A stretch of 63,498 nucleotides of DNA, filler included, from Hyphochytrium catenoides (GCA_900088475.1; 9 parts of 9 records of this genome joined end to end with filler, not necessarily neighbours in it); one strand, 5' to 3'. Shown: positions 1-11,912, counted from the first letter of the whole stretch. Notes: a model not told the origin generated them from the letters alone. Program-made: numbers and translations.

Positions 1-1399
1 CACTTCGGAGCTAGCCGCCAAGCTGCGCCTACGGCGAAAAGGGAAATTCTAAATGTCAGATGGATCTGCGCTATCCGTGTTCAGATCCATTCCATTCGTT
101 TCTTCCTGTTTGTTCCTCTTCGTGAACGCCAACTTTTTTGTGGCTCTAAAAGTGTCACTTACTTGTTATAGAAAGAGTGAGCGATGGATTTTATCTGTTC
201 TCTCTGCTCCCAGAGCTGAGCGCCGAGCACCGAGAGGACCACCGCCGACAGCGGGAGAAGAAGGGACATCTTTCTCTCCTTCTTCTGCGGCGCCGTGGTG
301 TCTGACTCAACTTTGGTTGGAGTCCCATTGGTCTTGCTCTTGGGGGAGGCTTTTTCTGAGTGGATACATAGAAGAGAAAAGTAAGATCAGAATCCCTACA
401 AAAAAAGAAGGACGCCAGCCAGCAGAGAACTATCAAAAAATTTAGAGCCGGTCAGCCCAAGAGCATGAGGACATGGGAAAGAAGAGACGTAGCGAGAAAG
501 GAAAGGAGAATACATTCACAGATGGAGATGGGCCCTCCACTCACCGCCGTGTTCTTTCGTCTCTGCCTCCGCTCCAGCCTTCGCCATGAGTAGCGCCTCC
601 GCCAGAAGACAGCCTCAGCAGGTCCAGTATCGTCTCTGATATCCAGCTACTAGTTCCCCAAGCCTCTCTCACAATCCTCTCCTCTGACTCTGTTGTCTCA
701 GTCTCTGTGATGCAAGAAGAGTTATCTCCGCGCCTCGGGCAGGCAGGCAGCCTTGAGAGTTAGTTCTGAAGGCGCTTCCTCAGTGATCAGAACCCACCTC
801 TGGCAGACCGCTAGGATCCAACACTCAGCACTCATCAGCACTCCAAGAAGTAGAAAAAGAGACAGGAAAGAGAGAGAGAGCGAGAGAGAGAGTGTGTGTG
901 TGANNNNNNNNNNNNNNNNNNNNNNNNNNNNNNNNNNNNNNNNNNNNNNNNNNNNNNNNNNNNNNNNNNNNNNNNNNNNNAGAGAGGAAGAGACCATCAC
1001 TGCAGTCACAATAGTAGTAATACCTCCGTCATCGCCGCCTAATGGTTTTGCCCTAGATAGCTGTTGGACGTAATAATACGTGGGGATTCCCTTTACAAAG
1101 AACCGGTCGCAGTACCGCTTGAAGATGACTGTCACACAGATGCTCTCTTTTATCTCTCTTTCAATAAATAGCTCATTTCTCCTACAAACGGCCAATTCCT
1201 CTCATAGAACCTCATAAAACCTCATAAAACAGAATCTCCTCACTGCATCTTAGTCCATACTCCTTATAGTCACACAATAAACCTACAGCCCAAAACGATC
1301 ACGGCATAAAACAAGAAGATCAGACAATAACGGACCTCCTAGCCTCGTGAGAGGGGTGGGAGAAGGGGGCGGGGCATATGATAGTCGCTGATACACTTT

Positions 1400-3780
1400 T
1401 ATACTTACTCTAACAACTATAGTAGTAGCTCCTCCTCCTCCTCGCTTCCCAGTGTTTTGTCAGAAGACCTGTGCGACCTATCCATGGTGGGCCGCTTGGT
1501 GTTCGGGAAAGGGAGTGTGGGAAACGACGAAGGGAGCAAAGAGAAAAGAATAACAACTGCTTCTTCATAGCAGCAGCAGCTCGCCGTGGTGATGAGATCA
1601 ATGAGGTCAAGAAACAAGAAGAAAATAAAGCCAGTGGTACCATCAGCGAAGAGGGATGATGATGATATGAGTGACGGCGGCGGGAGCATTGTCACAACAA
1701 GCAGAAAGGAGGTATGTGTACACCACTACTGCGACTTCTGCCTCGATTCATTGGAAAGGAAGGATCGGCCTACTAGGAATAGAGGTGCCCCCACAGGCTG
1801 GAGCTGTACGATGAGTGGTGGGGTTCTCATCTATCAGTGGCCGTTCTTCGCCTTCTTCTTTCTCCGTTGTTGGGCTTTGTGTGGGGTGGCTAATGATCAT
1901 CAAACTGCTGCTTGCTTCCTCCTTTGTCTACTGTTTCTCCAGGTTTTCCTTCTTCTTCGAGGGGCTCCTGTAGCTTGCTGCTTCTTGCTCTTTTACTGCG
2001 TCTCTCCTGCTGTTGCTTTTACTGACGATTGTTGCCTCCTGTGGTGGTCTCAACAATGCTACAACTTGAGTAAGTCTTCTCTTTCCCACTGCCGCTGTCC
2101 TCCTACGATCTACTATATCCCGTAATGCCATCGTAATAACTGCTGCTAGTCGCTGTAATAAAGGCTATCAAGAACTCTTAGCTGCCAGCCGTCATCCCTT
2201 CTCCTTCTCCTCCTATTGGCTCTTACAGGTTCTTCCTTAAGTGGTAAACAACAACAAGATGGCTTGGCCTCTGGTTATTATATGTCCTCAGCCTCCATTC
2301 AATCACGATCTCCTCGTCGCCCTCTTCCTTCGTCTTCTCCTCTACTAAAGCTAATCGGTACTTCCTCCTCGCCGCCATCATAGGCATAAGGAAGTGATCA
2401 GTAGTAACAGCAAAGCACCCAGGGTCCAAGTGGTGGCACCGACCAGTGCCATGTCGTTGCCTAATAATGACAAGTGATCAGCTGGCTGCCTGCCTCTTGC
2501 TCCTTATTATTCTCCTCCCTTCATGTTGGATTTATTTGTCGTCATTGGATGGTAGTTCTCCTCTCTCTTCCTACTGAATGTCTTTCTTCTTCCTCGCTAT
2601 TTGTCTTGACATGATGCCGCCGCCATTGCAAAACAACCTTTCTTCCTTCTGGAGCTACCACGTTCCAAGAAGGAGTGGTATCGCTCAACCTCTCCTCCGC
2701 ACTACTACGTAGGACACTAGAAGAGGAAGATTAGGGGCGTGCTGTGAGTGCAAAAGCATCGCGGCAAATCACGACTGCAATAACAAGGGGCATGCTCTGC
2801 TTATCATCATGATCACCAATAGTCCCGTCCGCCTACTATGCTGCTGACGAAGGCGCGGGCATAGTGCCTGTTGTCATCATACAGAAGAGTCAGCAGCAGA
2901 CAGAATTCTTCATAGAGCGCGTATCTGTTGACGGCCTTTTTCGCCATGCTGCCTCCTCCTTAGTTGTTTAGACAACACAGGAGAAGAAGAAGACCAGCAA
3001 CAACGAGTGCAAATTTGATAAGGCGAAGAAGACTAGATAAAGGTGTGTGGAGTTGCTGGCAACAGGCTGCAATGGCAGCATGGACCTTAACAAGAGGAAG
3101 AGTGAGCAGCCGCTGCTGCTGCTGGTGGTTCTGGGCGGCGCACCGCCCGCCGCTTCCGTTTCCCACCACGGAGGAGGTAGAGGAGGACGTATACCTACTA
3201 GGGCTTTGCTTCCTTATACTGAAGAAGATAAGAAGAATCCTACATCCTCTCTCCCCTCTCCTCTCTATCTCCTAATAATAATAATACGCCAGTGGAAGAA
3301 GAAGAGCAAGCTGACCAAGAAGTGGTGGGTGCGGACCGCCATGTCTGAAAGTGCGGTAGAGGATGGATTTCCTAAGGTAATATCTCTGAAGAGGGCCCAA
3401 AAGCGCACGAGTATAAGGTGACGCCAACATGGCAGATGCCCATACAGCAACACACATACACCGCACTTATCGTGCGTTTCAGACTCTCTATAACCTACTA
3501 AATAAGATAGCTCACAACCTGAACGAGACAGAAGAAAACACAGCGGAGACAGAGACAGGGAGGTAGGAAGAGTAATGACCAAGAGGAGAAACAGAGATAT
3601 CGAGAGAGTGGAAGAGGTAGAGGATGAGAAGAGAAGATGGCACAGCTGGGATTGGAAGAGAAAGAAGAGCGGGACGAGGGGCAGAGACATCATCACCTCT
3701 TCAACTTGGGCGGACGACATTCCCAGAGCCAGAAGTAAGATGGTTCGGAGTGAATGACCGTCCGCTAACCTGTGCTGGGA
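1400..3780 (-). pseudogene. Possible heavily decayed hAT-family transposase relic
   Basis: No intact ORF. On the minus strand, degenerate motifs occur in hAT order: D-N-x-x-x-M (~2870), C..HAxNL-like (~2750), ATTW ~ xTRW (~2450), IPP-SACCDN ~ IPxSSAxCERN (~1700). Read by eye across frameshifts; boundaries approximate. Confidence 0.3.
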
Positions 3781-3937
3781 CTCCACGCCCTTCTACCGAG
3801 TCATAGAACTCTTCTTTTCCTGGGGAGTCAGCGTCCCATCTGGGCAGCAGAGCGCGCGACACGGCGCCAATCCTGCCGCTACGTTACTTTAGTTCAGACC
3901 CACCTTGCAGCTATCTTCTATCCTGACGGTGGGAAGA

Positions 3938-5101
3938 ATGACGACTGATCACCCAATCCGCACAGTCCTGATAACCGGCGGCTCTTCAGGCATCGGTGCC
4001 GCTTTGGTTCGTGCATTTGCTGGATCCAATCATAGCGCCCTAGAGAATTCGGGTCCGCTGTACCAGGTCTGGTTCACCTTCCGCTCTGGCGAGCAGCGGG
4101 CTAAGGCTCTGCTTGAGGAGATCAACAACAGTAGCCACAATGGAGATAGTGGAGAAGTTGGGAAACAGCGAGGAGTCATTCAACATCGCGCGTTCCACTT
4201 CGACCAGGGCAGCTGGGACAGCCAGCAGCTCCTCCTGCAGGCCCTGCCCGGCCCAGTCGATATCCTAATCCACAACGCGGCGCTGGGCAGTGCGACCGTG
4301 AAACACTATGCGCAAGAAGAGCATCTCCGCGACCAAGCGCTGCTGCAGGTCAACGCCCTAGGAGTCCTCTGGCTCACCGAGGCTATTGTGCCAGGTATTG
4401 AGGAGGGAGTTTTGGCTGCGCTCTAACTCTCTCTGATTTGTCTTCCGCTCATCTGCCAATTCGAACCGTGAAGATGTCTATCCTACATATGTAAATGTTG
4501 AGTCCTGGAGATCCATGCCCTAGTGGCACACTTATCGCCTCCTTTGGTCCTCCTCCTCCGATTCGTTCTTTGCGAGCCTTCCCCTTCCTTCTTCCATGTC
4601 ATCCTCCTTCAATTCTGTGTGCTGACTCTCTTCTCTTAAAATATCTCTTTCACATTCACGCCTCTGTGTCGCTAAGGCATGGTTGAGCGGGGCTACGGCC
4701 GAGTGGTGGTGATCAGTTCGGTAGGCGGGGGCATTACGCAATTCCCCGCTTTCCGGCTTGCGGACGGGATGAGCAAAGCTGCGGTAACCTTCATGGCCCG
4801 CCAGCTCGCCGCGCAGCACACCCACACGCCCGTGGGGGTCTTCTGCGTGTGTCCAGGGGCCACGGACACTGATATGTTTCAAGCCAGCACGCTGCAGAAT
4901 ATGACCGAAGAGGAGCGCACCAACTTCGAGGCTCGGTTGCCTAAGAAGCGACTCATTGTGCCGCAGGAGATAGCATCTGTCGTGCTCTTCCTCTGCAAGC
5001 CAGAGGCCGAGTGCCTCCATGGCGCTGTCATTGATGCCTCGCTAGGACTTGGGGTGCACCCCGGCCTCATGACAGGAAGAGAAGAAAGGGAGAACCACTG
5101 A
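3938..5101 (+). CDS. Short-chain dehydrogenase/reductase (SDR), 2 exons (3938-4394, 4677-5101), atypical active site
   Basis: TGGSSGIG (TGxxxGxG), VDILIHNAA, GRVVVISSVGG, ADGMSKAA, VFCVCPGATDTDM. GT-AG intron 4395-4676 joins G+GC to give Gly in frame with the ATG at 4679. Confidence 0.9.
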
Positions 5102-5209
5102 CGCCAGGCCGAAGATGAACTTCCTGCTGCCTTACCCTTAGGATGAGGATTAGCATTATTCTCTACTACTGCTCCGTTATCTCTTTATTATTCACTCCGT
5201 AGCTCACCT

Positions 5210-6950
5210 TGCACCATCATCTCTGAGAAAAGCTGAAGCGAACTGAGCTTGAATACTGCCTTCGTTTTAAATAGAATGTTTCTTCTTTCTTCCCGGCCCA
5301 GCCCTACATTTGCTGTGAAGTAGCGTTCTTGGCTCGAGGCTACCTAAACGATATATTGCTCTAAATTAATGGCAGACTCCTGCGGCGTTTGCTGTATCCA
5401 AACTGCTTTGGCGGGCCAGGTAGCACTTGCTGTCCTCCTGTCGGAAACACCATAGGAAATCCGAGTAGAACTGAGAAGGGATTTTGTCCAATGCTTATTA
5501 CTCCTCTGTATGACGCGGAATTATAAGGAACGGAGAAGTCCTTGCTGAGGACACAGCAATCCTGTACTTCTTGTTGTCTTGGGTGTAAGAAGAGTTCATT
5601 GACAGCTTAGGTTGGAAAGAGGTTTACTATAGTTCGCACTACAAGGCTCATGATTAGCTCTAGAGTCGTCGCAAAGAGAAATGGAGGTAGCCGAGAAGGA
5701 AAAGCCTCATCAACATCTTCGACGTACTTGGTAGTAGCTGACGGTAGTTAGGCTAGGCTTCGCAAAACAGGAGGCCAGAGTCTCCTCAAAACGCAGCTCC
5801 ACACATCCAAGTGAAAAGTTTGAAGAAGTATTAAAATGGAAAAGTGCAAGAAGAAGAAGGGAGTACTAGAATGGGATTATGATGGATGACGTCATCTGTT
5901 CAGATAATGATGGGCACTTTGTTGGAGCGAAAGGCGCGAGGTTGGCCACTGCTACTCGCGGAGGAGTGATGGCCAAAAGAGGACGGCTGTTTATTGGCAA
6001 CCTTGACGGCTCTAGCAGCACCACGACGGAACGACAACATCGGTAGAAGATGATGTAAATCCCTACTTCTTTTTCTTACATCATGCTTGCTGTGAATGCT
6101 GCACAGCCTGATGTCATCAATGGTCAAGCTTGTCCATCAATTGTCCAACAAATTGTCCAAGTTCAAGTAGAGTTTGTCGTTGCTTAGGTGGAGGGGTACA
6201 TGGAGGGTGGTGGTGGTGATGGTGACCGAAGAATGCCTCCACTATAAGTAGTAATCCGTTAGTTCGCTCGGTATGTGCACCACCACCATCTGACGCCATT
6301 TACATATTATTATGGGGTGAATGATGGGTACTTCTTACGGTTTAACCCTAACCCAGGAGATCACCATTCCGAGCGTTGTCCTGAAGCACCACTTCAAGAT
6401 CTCACCGACCATCCTCAAGCAAAGAAGTGCTGCCTTCCAAGCTGTTCGTCCTGGTTGATGAGAGAGAAGAGAAGAAAGCAGAAAGGTACTATTATGTGTC
6501 GACTTGATCTCTATAGTCAGTCACCTATATGTGTTGAACCCCTTTAATGGCTTCAGAAGATGAAATCAGCGACCGCACCATGGCCGATGAGGAATAGGGA
6601 AGAGTCTCTGTGTCTGTGGATGATCTAGCACCCCACCACCAGCGCTTCACCAATAGAAGCTCTTCTTCTGCCTTCTTTGGAGAGTATAGAGCACTCTTTG
6701 GGAATTTGGAAAGGAGGAGAAGGGAACGAACCAGCAGGGTCAGTGACGACAGCAACCTGTTCCTGGAACTCAAGAGTAGTATCTCTGTAGGAAAGAAAAA
6801 TGGGCGTAACAGCGCAAACTGCTCTGCGCTACCTCCCCGCTGAAGCTACTATGGGCAGACCGGCAGGCTACAGTCTCAAATCTACCGAGACAGGTTGACG
6901 CCATGATAAGCGTCCGAGAAGAAAGTCCTGCTGGGACTCACTACCCTATT
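5210..6950 (-). pseudogene. Possible second decayed hAT transposase relic
   Basis: Minus-strand degenerate motifs: LMDK ~ VxDN (~6140), GCAAFT ~ GCxAHxL (~6100), NR* ~ TRW (~5895), GWP...AVFK...ASA-SQR*W ~ WP...VFS...SSAASERNW (~5300-5215). Many stops and frameshifts. Confidence 0.3.
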
Positions 6951-8257
6951 AGCCTCTCTCCTCTCTTCTTCCCTAGCAGCATCTGATTTGGAAAAACTGT
7001 TTCGCGACAAAGAATTGAAAAAATGTATTTATTTATAAATTCTTATCAAAGCAGAATAGACAGTCTTCTGTCACTCTGCTTCTCAGTTCCTCAGCGTATT
7101 TTCCATTCAGCAAGCTGCTACAGTGAAGGCAAAGGAAGTCCAGACCAACCCCATCATTTGGGTCCTTAACAGGTAGTGGAACCTTCCCCACCTTACTACT
7201 GGCAATAGACACTCTTTCTTCTCCCTATCGCTCCTATTGACCCTTTCTTTATTACTGATGGATATGAAGCCACTAGTCCTTTTTATACCTACCTGTATCC
7301 GCTATGCAGCTGGCTTTGCCAAGCATCTTTCTTCTGTTGGATAGCACCTCGTCCAATGCGGTGAAGAAGCAGTAACCTTACCTCCTCTCAAAGATGATCC
7401 TTCCACTCGCACCTCGCCACTCGTGAAGAAAACCCTGACTTCAGCTGCACAATGCAAATAAAACGGATAAAGAGATTTGTTGGTGCGATCAAGCGGAAAT
7501 GTTTACATCCAACACATCGGAGATGAACTGACGAATTCCTCTCTCAGCTAGCAGCACGCACGGCAGTAGTAGTAGACATGACTACTGCATTGTAGAAGAT
7601 GACGTGCTCTTGACGGACATACTTCTCCATTACGCCGGTGACTGAAAAGGAAACATCCACAGTGGTCGTCACTTATCGCAACCTCTTCACGAAGCCACTT
7701 CTTCCACCCTCAAAAGTTTCTCCTGGCGCCGAACGGGGTCTTACAGTGACCGAGATACCTTCGGTCAAGCTAGAACGCTTATTTAAAGGCGTTGGTGAAC
7801 AGAGTTTGAAGGCGCTTCATGGCTCTCCGTGCCGCTCACAAATCCGGATAGTGCAAGGATTGGACGCCGTTCTGATACCTTGCCACAATCCAACTTCCCT
7901 CTCTTAAAGGCGATGCAGGAGGTGGGGCCTCGTGGAAGAGGTGATTAGATAGAGGGTTCGAAGGTCAAGCTATGTATTACCGGAATCCTGATGAGTCTGT
8001 TATAATGTATGGGATTCGTAGACTTTCTTATTTAGGTTACCTGGTGCTCGTACGTTTATTGACCACTTTTAGGAAGAACCGAGGAGTACTACTACAAATC
8101 TCTGTGCTACACTACCAGTAATAAACCGACCAACTCTTCAGGCCTATTACTAAAACCTCTTCTTGGACTGCGGCGGCTCCACCTCTCCTCCGTCGTGGCA
8201 TCTGCTCCAGCGCTGTAATTGCCCGTGGCAAAGGAAGGCGACTGCGCACCATCTGTG

Positions 8258-9660
8258 CACACACCGGATGAGTAATGAGTACAATACTCACATGATGAGT
8301 GAGTATGAGTGAGTATTGGGCTTTTCTGTGTACTTGAGTAACTCATGTTCTATGAGTACTGGTTACTCATAGAGCCTCCCCTATGAGTATGAGTGAGTAC
8401 AATGTACTCGAGTATACTCATACATGTTTTCGATCGAGATACTCATACGTGAGTACTTTTAAGCCCTCTTATGAGTAGGCTATGAGTAAGATGAGGAGTA
8501 GGCCATGAGTAAAATAATGAGTAGGCTATGAGTAGCCTGAGGGGTAAAGGACTAGATAATGACGAAGGAAGGATGACTACAGTGCTGGCTGAGGGCATAG
8601 TTCTAGTCGTAGAAGTTAGAGGAGAAGAAAATCTGCAGCTAGTAGGAGCATTATTTATCGGTTGCTGCTGAAGAACGACGACAAGGAGGCGAGGAAGGAC
8701 GCCAACAAGCAGGAGATGAAGACTACTGCTGGTTGTTACTTGTCTTTTGCCTGTTCTTCGAAGATGCTCTTCGTCGGCTTTATCTCTTATTATGGAGGGT
8801 GCAACCATTGAAGAACCAGAACTGCAGAAGAAAGAAGAATGCGATCATCCACTCATGGAAGAGTGGAAGAAGAAGAGGAGAGGCATCATCAGGCACTACG
8901 TGCATCTTCTTCGTCTTCTCATAGTCTTCTTCTTCTTCGACGCTTCGCTCTCCTCCTTTCTCTCAGTCATCCTAACAAAATCATTGTTCCTCCTACTACT
9001 ATGTACCTGTTGTTATTATATTCTCATATCATGCCAGTCCCTTCTTTTCTTCCAAATTGGTGGCTCTTCTTATTTAATAACTTCTTTGTACATCCTGGCG
9101 CATTCAAGGGCTAGTAGTGATTATAAGAATGATTATGATTCCCCTTCATTACCCGCCACACTCTTCATTCATCGTTGCTGGCAGCAGGTGGTATGATGAT
9201 GCAAAGCATAGTAGCATGACGATGAAGCCAGAGGACAGAGATAATAAAGGAATGATCGATGAAAGGACTCATTATTATCGTGATGATGTCGCCGCTATCT
9301 GCGTTAGCTGACAGGCAAACTGAAAAATAGTAGTATCAAAGTGACCAGCGAGAGGTGGTGGGCCGAGCGAGGGTGGTGAAAAGGGTGGTGGTGCTGTGCA
9401 AAGCAGACATCGTACTCGTAGTGTTGATGGGAAGAAGGTGGTGGTTCCTTATCATTTTGTTAAGAATGTACTCAGATTCACTCATGGCATGAGTAAATTT
9501 ACTCTCATTGTGAGTACTAGTTACTCATAGCCCGTGAGTATACTCACACATGATTTCTATGAGTACCTTTACTCATAGGGCCGCGCGTAACTCATGCAGT
9601 ATGAGTAAAAGTTACTCATTCTACTCGAGTTAACTCATAGCTTTACTCATCCGGTCTGTG
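8258..9660. mobile_element. Non-autonomous TIR DNA transposon (hAT-like), 1403 bp
   Basis: 18-bp TIRs CACACACCGGATGAGTAA (8258-8275) and TTACTCATCCGGTCTGTG (9643-9660), 1 mismatch. Perfect 8-bp TSD CATCTGTG at 8250-8257 and 9661-9668. Dense subterminal (A)TGAGTA/TACTCA(T) arrays at both ends; no intact transposase. Confidence 0.9.
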
Positions 9661-9791
9661 CATCTGTGCATTGCAGCGCTGGACATGTGTTGATATCCTC
9701 TCTTAGATTGAACTAAATGTTAGATTTTATCATTTGATGGTGAGCACTTTAGGTTAATATTGGGGGTTGTCTGGATATAACGGAGAAAAGT

Positions 9792-9867
9792 TTTGTACGC
9801 TCCGGGATTTGAACCCAGGATCTCTGTCTTTGATGCCGGCACCCTAACCAGTATGCACCATACACCA
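9792..9867 (-). pseudogene. tRNA-derived sequence (tRNA pseudogene or SINE head)
   Basis: Minus strand has an A-box-like TGGTGCATACTGG and a T-arm CTGGG-TTCAAAT-CCCGG with B-box GGTTCAAATCC, but the acceptor stem does not pair. Confidence 0.6.
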
Positions 9868-10696
9868 AACGTACTCTTGACTAATCTCCGTTTTTGTTTA
9901 GATACCAGGGATTTTCCCCTCTGCGTCGTCCGCTGTACACTTTTTGGTTTCAGCGTCGATCACAGTTCAACACTAAAGAGAGAGGAAGAAGACAAACCCC
10001 CTCCTCCGCACCTGTCGCGAACTGCTTTAATCCAGTGGCGGAGCGTTTCGTGAACTTCCGTGATAGCTGACAGAAACCTTACTGAGCATCTCGAGAAGTC
10101 CGATAGATAAGCCCCATCAACTCGGCGGGCTGAACAAATTACGGGAGTTACTGATAGCTAATTAGCGTCGGCAGGCAACCGGCCTGCTGAGGGCAACAGC
10201 AACCCATCTATCGCGCCAGCGATGAGGACAACCAAAAGGATGAGACGTTTCTCGACGGTGTAATGCTCCACACCCATCAGACAGCTCTTCGAGAGAGAAG
10301 CCAAAGAGCTGAAGTCTGAGGCTGAAGAGAACGCAAGACTAAGGTCTCCAAAACAATAGACAAAAAAGACGCTGATGGTCACTGCTTGAAGATGCTATCG
10401 GCGAGGTGATAAGCCTGAGCTGAAGAAGCCAAGTGCTACAACTGTAGGTAGCTTGGTCACATGCAGACACAGCGCAACCAAAGGGCCCAGAGGGGTCACC
10501 AGCGACAAACACGCACCATTTGAGCCATCACCTATACCTTGGCGGCAAAAGAGCTTGAGGGACTCGAAGTCCGATTGAAGGCAGATACAGCAGCCAAATT
10601 CCCACTATTGGACAAGCAGCGGCTTGAGCTCCAGACAGGAGAGCTAAAGTAGCGATGGCGTGGATGTAGCGCTTCCGCTCTACGATGCCCAAGGGC

Positions 10697-11019
10697 TGTT
10701 GGATTATATGGGATGATTGGACAATGTCATTAGATGAGAGTGCTCTACTTATAAGCCCAACTGGGGTCCCATAAACTAGAGCTATTCTGACTATGCCAAC
10801 TATTCCTAATGAACGCTAAGATATTCAGTGATAGAGAAATCCCTGTCTAGAACAGTCAGTCCTGAAGGTATTCCGGGGTACTGACCATAAGCCATAGATA
10901 TAAACAGGGACATTTCGTTTGCTTCATATCTCGGCTTCTACTGGGAGTTTGGAGCTGAAACTTGGGTAGTTAAGGTTGCCAGCTTGTAGTCCACATAGTT
11001 GTGCCCTCAGACTCCAACA
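10697..11019 (-). mobile_element. Solo LTR copy 1 (323 bp; strand relative to copy 2)
   Basis: Termini TGTTGGA...TCCAACA; 5-bp TSD AGGGC at 10692-10696 and 11020-11024; reverse complement of 11390-11710 with 14 substitutions plus a 2-bp indel. Confidence 0.93.
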
Positions 11020-11389
11020 AGGGCAACCTTCTTTGAAGAAGAGGTCCTCCACCCCAGCCACGTTTTAAAGAATGGGAGAACAGGTCCACGCTAATGTGGT
11101 CAAGGCCTTACACCCTGATGTCCTTATTGGTCCAGACGGATCAAAGTAGCAACAATCAGTTATGCTACGGGTCTAGCGCTTGCTATCTGAATTACACATG
11201 ACGACGGCCGAGACAAAGCCTGCTTCCTTAAACGAACATTCAGAGGATAAAGACGAGCCACTTCTCCGAAGGGAAAGAGAAGGATAAATGGAGGACCGCT
11301 CCTCTCCTTCGCGACGCCTTTAGTAGCAGAAAACCAAATTGGTCTCCTTTCCAGGGAAAGAAGTTGTGTGCAACTTGCAAGCGGTTGCC

Positions 11390-11710
11390 TGTTGGAGTCT
11401 GAGGGCACACCTATGTGGACTACAAGCTGGCAAGCTTAACTACCCAAGTTTCAGCTCTAAACTCCCAGTAGAAGCCGAGATATGGAGCAAACGAAATGTC
11501 CCTGTTTATATCTATGGCTTATGGTCAGGACCCCGGAATACCTTCAGGACTGACTATTCTAGACAGGGATATCTCTATAACTCCAGATCTTAGCGTTTAT
11601 TAGGAATAGTTGGCATAGTCAGAATAGCTCTAGTTTATGGGACCCCAGTTGGGCTTATAAGTAGAACACTCATCTAATGACATTGTCCAATCATCCCATA
11701 TAATCGAACA
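11390..11710 (+). mobile_element. Solo LTR copy 2 (321 bp)
   Basis: Starts TGTTGGAGTC, ends TAATCGAACA; 5-bp TSD TTGCC at 11385-11389 and 11711-11715. Confidence 0.93.
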
Positions 11711-11859
11711 TTGCCACCAAAAGAAAGCGCTATCACGGAAGAAACGAACGCCGCTCCTCTAGTGAACAGCGCAGCACACTTTGAATAGAGATGCCGCGAT
11801 GAAGTGGTGGAAGGCAGCGTTATGCCGAAAAAACTCACCGGCGAGGGCCGCAAAGAGAT

Positions 11860-11912
11860 TGTTGGAGTCTGAGGGCACAGCTATGTGGACTACAAGCTGG
11901 CAAGCTTAACTA
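11860..11912 (+). mobile_element. LTR copy 3 (start only, truncated by contig end)
   Basis: TGTTGGAGTCTGAGGGCACAGCTATGTGGACTACAAGCTGGCAAGCTTAACTA matches the first 53 bp of copy 2 with 1 mismatch. Confidence 0.9.

Larger units (their letters stand above)
9900..11859 (-). mobile_element. Decayed non-LTR retrotransposon RT (CRE/SLACS-like), interrupted by LTR insertions
   Basis: After removing the solo LTRs, the minus strand reads DQFGF (~11330-11344), HQGVRP*..GPVL ~ GVRQGDPLGP (~11103-11120) and YIHAI (TACATCCACGCCATC, 10654-10668, two substitutions from YIDDI). Spacing of ~39 aa between the last two fits RT motifs. Confidence 0.5.

Noticed and set aside
60-90. Hairpin ATGGATCTG...CAGATCCAT as a Helitron end or terminator
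   Set aside because: No CTRR terminus at the expected distance and no other supporting element features.
8258-8540. ATGAGTA array as a CRISPR, iteron or telomeric repeat
   Set aside because: Motifs are 5-8 bp, irregularly spaced, in both orientations and lie within a TIR/TSD-bounded transposon; the context is eukaryotic.
9792-9867. Functional tRNA gene
   Set aside because: The acceptor stem cannot pair and the anticodon arm is poor; only the T-arm/B-box is intact.
10697-11710. One element with 320-bp terminal inverted repeats (foldback/DIRS-like)
   Set aside because: Each arm has its own distinct 5-bp TSD and TG...CA ends, so they are two separate solo LTRs.
10697-11710. RIP-like or methylation-driven C-to-T hypermutation of repeats (many TAG/CTA triplets in contigs 1-2)
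   Set aside because: The only alignable pair differs by 5 transitions and 9 transversions, which does not support a strong deamination bias.
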